Below are positions 56,878 through 64,000 of a DNA stretch of 64,000 bases, in pieces (position 1 is the first letter of the stretch; every line of letters begins with the position of its first letter). The notes below the pieces were generated by a model. It was given only the letters and a program-made list of their open reading frames with translations, was not told the origin of the DNA and did no database searches. The stretch comes from Chrysomallon squamiferum (taxonomy: Eukaryota > Animalia > Mollusca): the NCBI GenBank assembly GCA_012295275.1, contig CM022665.1:14570001-14634000 (forward strand). The letters run 5' to 3'. The translations under genes were made by a program, and so were the position numbers.

Positions 56878-58424
56878 AAGAAAATGCAGGATAAAAAAAG
56901 AAATGAAAACATGTATCTAAACATACATAAATCTTTTTTTTTTAAATTAAAAAAATATGAAAACATTTCTGCCATTCATTAACTCATTGCTGACCTTCTT
57001 CTTCACAAAACAATGCTTCACCCAATACCCCTCAATTCCTTGTCTCACGCTCATAAAAACAAAATGGAATAAAGAGCCCATATAAAAATAATATTACCAA
57101 AAAAGAAAAAAAAAAGAAAAAGAAGATAAAATAGGGCAATTGTGTGAACAATAACTCGAGATGTAATCACCCCAGCACTGTGTGGCAGATGGTGTAGGTA
57201 GGCAGCACACATGGGAAGATGACAATCTATTGCCTTTAAAAAACCCCAAGTCATAAAAATCAGACAGGCAGTCATGAGTTATGTCCACAGTACACAACCA
57301 CAAGCTTAGAAGCCCAAATATTTGATCTCACTACCAAAATGATGATGTTGATGATGATGTTGATGATGATGATGGTCATCCCTCCACCAGGATGAAGAAG
57401 TTGACTGTTCCATTTCTGGAATGATGAAAATGGATAACCAACTTCTAGAATGATTAAGAATGGTTACCCCACTTCTGGGATGATGAAGATGATTATAGCA
57501 TTTACATGAATGATGAAGATTTTTTATATCATTACATGAATGATGCAGATGGTTATTCGGTACCAGGAAAATGAAAATGGTTATCCAGGACTAGGATGAT
57601 GAAGATGATTTTCCAATTTCTGGAATGATAAAGATGATTATCATATTTCAGGATTGAGGAAAATGGAGGTCACATTTTCAAAATAACCAAAAATAATTAT
57701 CCCATTTCTGAGATGACAAAGATGATTACGACACTAAAATGATTTTAAAACTGATCCTACTATCAACATGATGAAGGTGATGATCCCACTGATATCCAAA
57801 GAAGAAATCCTGTTATTTCCCAAATGACCATCAAACCATTATCATTTATTCTGACCATAAACATGCCATGTGAAGCAAAATACTTTTCTTTTTGCTTCTT
57901 CTTTTTTTTTTTTTTTTTTTTTTTTTTAGCTGTTTTGCACGTTTGTTTAAACCAAGCACCTTCTGCTGCTTTAAGCATTGTGATCACAAAAAAAAAAAAA
58001 AAAAAAAAACATTTAAAAAAAAATCATAATAAATAAATAAATTAATAAATAAATAAATACAAGTATCATAAAAAAAGTCCCCCATAACCCCAATAAAGGC
58101 TTCTAAACCATATTTCCAGAACAGGTGAAGTTGTTTTTTTAATCATAAGGTTGAAAATAAAACTGTCACGGTTGGTTTAAATTCATTGTTGTGTGTGATC
58201 ACCAAACATTAATCTATTGGAAATATTACAGTAATATATCACAGGAATAATGGAAATAGAAATCTTTATAAATTATGTAGGTATTAAATGTAATAAAATC
58301 TTAACTGCTTTTATACCTGACAGTTGATGTTTGGATTTAGGAGGAGATTAGTTTATGTGTTATAGCTGTTTAAGAATACATGATTTAATTTTATTTTTTA
58401 GAATATACATTTTTTTAAATTAAA

Positions 58425-58471
<47 letters not shown>

Positions 58472-59459
58472 ACTTCTACTATTTCTACTGGTACAACAAC
58501 AATAAAATAATAACTGATAAAATTCTAAAACCAAGCCTCCAGTCTCAAATACAACTGCAAGGAAATTAGACTTAGAATGAATTTAAAAAAGAATTTTAAA
58601 AACAAGTATTAATTATCAATTAATTTTTCTATACCAGAAACTAACAGAAGTTTAACATCCACATTCAAAAACAGTGCTGTACATTTAGGGGTACAGATGG
58701 TGCTGGACCAGGGAAAACAGGACATGATCAATCATAACCATCATAAAAAATTGTTGTAAAGTGAACAACGCACACATCTATTCATTATCTCGCTAGCAGT
58801 CTTATTTCCATGCATAATTCAGCAATAAGAAACCCATGAAAGAAAAAAACAATTCCACAGTGCTGCTGAGAGAAAACGGTCATTTCTTTGAGTTCGTTTT
58901 GTAATCAAGCCTTCTTGATCTTTAGCTCTTCGTTGGGAATGCCCTGATTCTTTTCTCCTTCTCAATTTCTTTGTTGTGAATTAATATTTCATGAATAGTA
59001 TCTGATTGAATGCTTGCCCAGTGCATCATGGTTCAAAGGTTAATAAGCAATTCTGATGAATATTACAGGGTAAAGTGTAAAAATGGAAATCTGGTACTCC
59101 TCTTTTTTTTCATTTGTTTTGAGGGTTTTTCTGGGGTTTTTAAAAAAAAAAAATTCTTTCTTTCTATAATTTTTCTTCTTTAAAATATATATTTATGTAC
59201 ATATATTACTTTATTATTATTATTTTTTAATTAACATAACTTTTGATAAATGCAAATTTGTAATTAAGCAAGATGAGGGATTTTTTTATTATCTGTTTGT
59301 TTATTATTACAAATCAAAATGTGAAAAAGCAGTTATGAATAGTGTTTTCTTTATTTGTAAAATCTGTAAAGAAAATTTGCAATAAACTTTAAATAAAACA
59401 AATCTATAAATACTTACTTCAGTGCTGACTGTATGGACTTTGGCAATCCACCTTGTTTC
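46476..59459 (-). CDS. TMEM135: Transmembrane protein 135, 3' seven coding exons (5' exons outside window)
   Basis: complement(join(46476..46599,47012..47079,48775..48873,50743..50883,51469..51636,56149..56332,59418..59459)). Peptides KHRLCQHHHGCLHY, LGGFLGCY, CALRWFRDKDD-HGLIAGF, LYFKGI, LRPAYWKFLLR, FAQMNRKLVDAFGT match my recollection of the TMEM135 C-terminal half. Confidence 0.92.
47012..47079 (-). CDS. TMEM135: TMEM135 exon
   Basis: AVLEPHNLRPAYWKFLLRVTGNR. Confidence 0.92.
48120..48225 (+). mobile_element. Fragment of a dispersed SINE-like repeat family
   Basis: GGTTAGGACC..GGAAACC..CACTCTTTCCAATTAGCAGC; related pieces at ~17270-17440 (-), ~52330-52430 (+) and ~59760-59790 (AAGGGATCTTTTA). 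Confidence 0.55.
48775..48873 (-). CDS. TMEM135: TMEM135 exon
   Basis: LLYFKGIKAGFLPYIKCADVIIYAVSTAFAFHA. Confidence 0.92.
49450..50779 (-). repeat. 84-bp minisatellite (~16 units) spanning a TMEM135 exon/intron donor junction
   Basis: Unit = last ~37 nt of the exon + GTAAGT + intron start; near-identical copies, with some indels in the middle. Confidence 0.95.
50743..50883 (-). CDS. TMEM135: TMEM135 exon (donor tandemly repeated downstream)
   Basis: AVNCALRWFRDKDD...ITLYAATRLAE|GTAAGT. Confidence 0.92.
51469..51636 (-). CDS. TMEM135: TMEM135 exon
   Basis: GFYQQFGLGYGIQ...LGGFLGCYSAIFK. Confidence 0.92.
55640..55930. repeat. Degenerate ~43-bp tandem repeat
   Basis: ATTCTGAAAACTCAAATTCTGAAACATGCTATCATGATAGGTC, 2 good copies plus several decayed ones. 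Confidence 0.8.
56149..56332 (-). CDS. TMEM135: TMEM135 exon
   Basis: YFVGSSEVP...PKHRLCQHHHGCLHYILQ. Confidence 0.88.
57338..57790. repeat. Degenerate ~30-bp tandem repeat
   Basis: GAATGATGAAGATGGTTATCCCATTTCTG-like unit, ~13 decayed copies. Confidence 0.8.
59418..59459 (-). CDS. TMEM135: TMEM135 42-nt exon
   Basis: TAG|G KQGGLPKSIQSAL AA|GTAAGT; phase 2-2 fits the next exon. Confidence 0.75.
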
Positions 59460-60883
59460 CTATAAATATATATATAAAAAAGATAATAATAATAAACATT
59501 AATTAAAACAACATAATAAATAGAATTACCCAATTTAATGCATAGAATTAACATGATCAAAACCAGTAACGTACTAGCATGCTCAAATTACAAACTGTCA
59601 AAAGCTAAGAAAATAATTCACACATTTTTTTTAATTTTTTTTATAAGGACAGTTAATCATAATATTAAGTACTACTGAATATTAAGTATCAATATTTTTA
59701 TATAATAATACTTGCAACAAAAAAATTGTATGCCACGTCAAGGACAACCCTTGTTAAGTAACAGTAAGGGATCTTTTAAATGTATTTTCCCATCAACTAA
59801 AACACATAACACCATAGGCTACAATAAATTTGTGTGGCAATGGCAAGAAAAGGATAGAACACAATGTGTACAGTACACACAAACTTACATATGGGATAAA
59901 ACATGTTAACAATATGTATTAACAATGAATAAATGACATATTAATTATTCAGCAACACATTTTATTACTAATTATTATCATTAATCAAACATAAATTATG
60001 GTTTTCTGAATGTAGAGGGAACCTGAATGAATTAATAAATGTTTAATGACACCATAGTATTCAAAACAAAACATACATAATACAGGTTAAGGGTCTGTTA
60101 CTGAAATGCCTCAGACTGGAAGTGTTTCAGCATCTTAGAATTATTCAGATTTTGGATAAAAGGAGACAACTGCTCAAAAAAAGTTTAGGATTTTGGATTT
60201 TTTGATAAGGGATCATTGACCTGTATCAGCTATAGTATATGAATTAAATAATGATTAACAGTGAAGTCAATTAATGGTCTATTCTTATCAATTAGTAGCA
60301 AAAGAAGTTTTATTAGCATCTTCCATATCAAAGCACAGACTCTGGATAAACTGGTTATGTAATACTTGTTGGAGCACAAAATTGCCATTCTTTTTATTTT
60401 AACCAGACTTTACATACAGGAGGAGGTTACATGTTTAAAAATACACGTTTAAAGATGATTGTATGTAAACTTGGCTACAACTGTGGCAGATGAAGGAAAT
60501 ACGGCAGCCAGAAAACTACGTGAAGATTTATAACAGTGATATCTTTCCACAGTTGCATCATGGCAATACATAGTGCATGGAATGATTTATGTGAGTTTTG
60601 TCTATTTAAAACAGAGGTTCCTATCTCTGCTAACACAAGTACACCGATTTTTCAACAAGATGCAAGCAACATTTTTTTGAATTATTTAGGAATGTTGTTT
60701 CTCAATATGGACTTTATTGTTTTTTGTTGTTGTTTTCAAACAGATTTGTTTGTTGCTTTTATTTATTTATTTTATTATTATTATTATTATTTTTATTTAT
60801 TTCTCTTCTTTTCTCTATCTCTCCTTATTTCTGTGAGTTTTTAATTGGTAGTTTTGTTTTACCAGATATATCTCCATTTAATT

Positions 60884-60920
<37 letters not shown>

Positions 60921-63814
60921 CTCAATATGTCTGTTTATATGCATCTGAATAATTTAGGATTATTTCTTCTTGTTATTCTTATCTTTATAGTGTTTATATT
61001 TGCATTCTTCATTTTTGTTTTCTCCCTCCCATTTTCTTACATTCTACCTCATTCCATATTTAATTTGACGTGTCAGACATGACTTATCTGGGTTTTTGTT
61101 TTCTTTTCTTAAATTCTTTGTCATATTTTCACTCCAGACTTTTTTTTTTTTTTTCCATATTTTTCATTCCTTCAATATCTCTATTTCACTGTTTACAAAA
61201 TTATAGTTATTACACATGCCAAACAGTTATATCTATTGAAGATAACAAAAAGTAAAATTTTTAAATCTGTCAGAGCTAACTAAAATAGACTTCTGGCATT
61301 TGTTCAAAGTATTTAAACATTATTATTATTATTATTTTTTTTTTTTTTTTTTGCATTATCTGAATATGTGTATGTGTTACTTGTGTGTTTATATATGTGT
61401 GAATAAATATATAGACTTATTTATTTGTGTGTGTGTGTGTGAACTGTCTTATTTTGGAAACACTTTTGAAATGTTTGTCCTATTTAATTTAAATATCTAA
61501 AAAAAAAGAAAAAAAAGAAGTAGAAGAAGAAAATAAATTAAAAATTAAAGAATATTAAACCACTATAGAAGAAATGAAAAAAAAAATTGTTTTGGAGACA
61601 GTAAATAGTTTTTAGTCAATTTATGTACTGTGTGGAGAGTTTATTGCACATTAATGACACCTCAGTCTATGTGTGTGTTCTCAAATTACACCTATACAGA
61701 ATGAGCTAGTTTTTAACTAATAGTTTTCAATGGGCTGCATTTTCATCATGTTGAATACTCTAAGGCAATGAATCCACAGTTTTATTTTCTTTCTTTTTTT
61801 CATTTGCAATCTAGAATTGCCTCAACACATAATACATTGTTAACCCTTTTCTGCTTGGTACACAGAAATAATTTTTTGGGTAGCAGAAGAGCTACAGGGA
61901 AAAAGAAAGAGAGAGAAAGAGACAGAAGGAATGAATGAATGGAAAAGAAAGAGACAGAACAAAAGAAGTAACAGAATTAGGAAATGAAAGTGAAAAAATC
62001 CAGAAGAGTTTTAAGAAAGAAAAAGAGAGACAGAAAATGGAGAGATAAGCTAACAGCCATTCAAAAAATAAAAAGATAAGACTAGAACCAGATGGAAAAA
62101 AAGAGAAGCAAGCAATGAAAATACAAATGAAAGCAACAAAAGAAAAACATTTTTTTCTCTCCTCTTTTCACCCCTAAATACTTCAGATTCATTTTCAGCA
62201 TTACTTTGAAGTAATCATTATCCTTTGGTGCAAAAAGAATAATTATTTTGCCATTACAAATACGAGACCAGTGAACATTGCTATGCAAGACATAATAGTG
62301 ATTTCTGGAGGACATATTCAGCAGGGAGCTGAGGGTCGGTATTCAGAACCAGGCTAGCATAACAGGGATGTCCAGCAATGAATCAGGGGTCAGCAATGAA
62401 AACAAGTGACCATCACTTTGTAGTGACACCATAAAGAGATTTCTGGACAGGCTTCCAGTTTAAATTGATGAATATCAGATAGAGGCGGCTTCTACCATAA
62501 CATCAAAGTCAGCTGAGATAATTAATTAAACAGGTACAATTATGATACCTGGAAGATCAAAGTAAACAGCAGGCAGGAGAGAAATGCATTATAACGTCAA
62601 ATTTGTCTACAGCCAATATGTTCAGATATACAACATGTTTTAAATGTAATGCTACTGGTTTGTACATATAATGCAATATCTGCAGATGTCTATGGCTGTC
62701 AGCAGTGGCTTGGTCTTTGATCATTTGAATCTATTTTAATAATCTTTATGGTTTTGTTGTTGAAGTTAAACTGTGGAACATAGCTCCCTGACATTTCTTC
62801 TAATGTTATCATCATCATCATAATATTGCAATTGTGTTCACTTTAGTTTTTTAACTGTAGGTCTTAGAAATGTAATGAGTTTGAGACTATTGAAATGTCA
62901 TTAATGTAGCATGAATCAACAAGTGATTATGTGAAAACATATGGCATAAAGAAAGAAGAATGAATATCTAAGGTGTAACACAAGAATAAATCAATAAAAC
63001 TTGAATAAATAAATGTTTGGTTAAGAACACTTCTTCACATGTTATTATTAATTCTAGTACTGTGTCTATAATTTAACTTGTTAATATCAGTAAGGAATGT
63101 CTACAGGCACTTTTGTGATAGACAAGAAAGTATATAACCTAGCCTTTTATTGATTCAATGTGGCTGAAAGTAGCCTAATAAGACAAAATAAATAAATAAG
63201 AAGAAGAAAAAGAAGAATTAATATTATTATTGTTGTTATTATCATTGTTATTATGTGAATAAATTAAAAATAATATAAAAATCTAAACAGTCTACATTTC
63301 TAATAATAGAACTAATAATAATAATAATAATAATATAAGCCACTTAAAAATAAATTCAAATACATTTACAATAAAACCAACAAACCCCCACGCCCCCAAA
63401 ACCCAGCTGTAACATTAAACTTTACAAACATGGATTAGTCATCTTGATAGGCTTGCCAAAAGCAAGGCACCCTACATTACTCAGTGTACACCCTTATTGC
63501 CATTCACCACAACTACCGGAATTCTCAGCTGAAAACTTATGGGAGGCCACCACAACTCATCCATCTTGGAAGACAATGGAGTGACAGGAGTGACAGCCGT
63601 GACGGATTGAGCTGGTGTCCTTACTAGTGGTCTTTCAAATGGAAATAGCCAGTCTGAATAACAGTGAATGGTACATCAGACGTCTGAATAACTATGAATG
63701 GTGCATGGGACGCCAGAAACAGGACACAGGCAAACAGACAACGTGTCTGGGTGACAGGTTCTAGAGATTTGTTTCTTGAACAATGTGGATTAGACAATTA
63801 GTGATTGATCTAAG

Positions 63815-63845
<31 letters not shown>

Positions 63846-64000
63846 AAAAAAAAGAAAGAAAAAAGAAGAAGAGAAAAAAAGGCCCTGTTCCCAACCATCT
63901 TATTGTAGCTAGCCCACTAGGGTAGTGATAAATGTGTTATTGATAGAGATGACCCTGACTGTTGAGGACATTGAACAAAACAAAAAGTTAAGAAAAATAC

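Noticed and set aside
62549-62606. Possible next upstream TMEM135 exon
   Set aside because: Does not give the expected hydrophobic VLLF...FR-type peptide in a compatible phase; that exon is probably outside the window.

Overview
This is AT-rich, microsatellite-dense animal genomic DNA with GT-AG introns. Its dispersed repeats resemble ones I recall from gastropod molluscs, but the taxon is inference only. Three minus-strand multi-exon genes can be spliced together by hand. Two are tandem, intact 15-coding-exon class C GPCRs of the GABA-B-receptor-like family with identical intron positions and phases: copy A (35886->21733, ~756 aa) and copy B (17720->3516, ~823 aa). The third is the 3' seven coding exons of TMEM135 (59459->46476), whose 5' part lies beyond the right edge. 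The most unusual signal is tandem repeats built from splice junctions. An 84-bp in-frame array gives one TMEM135 exon 14 GAG|GTAAGT donors, and a ~38-bp array repeats the branch point plus acceptor of GPCR-B exon 2 about 19 times. Two weaker donor-derived arrays also occur. The receptors combine a GABA-B1-like ligand pocket lacking the amine-binding residues with a GABA-B2-like 7TM, and copy B has lost both halves of the TM3-TM6 ionic lock. Also present are several MITEs (one nested foldback), CpG-rich versus CpG-poor domains, and enhancer-like islands in TMEM135 introns. Most short ORFs in the supplied track are microsatellite artefacts.
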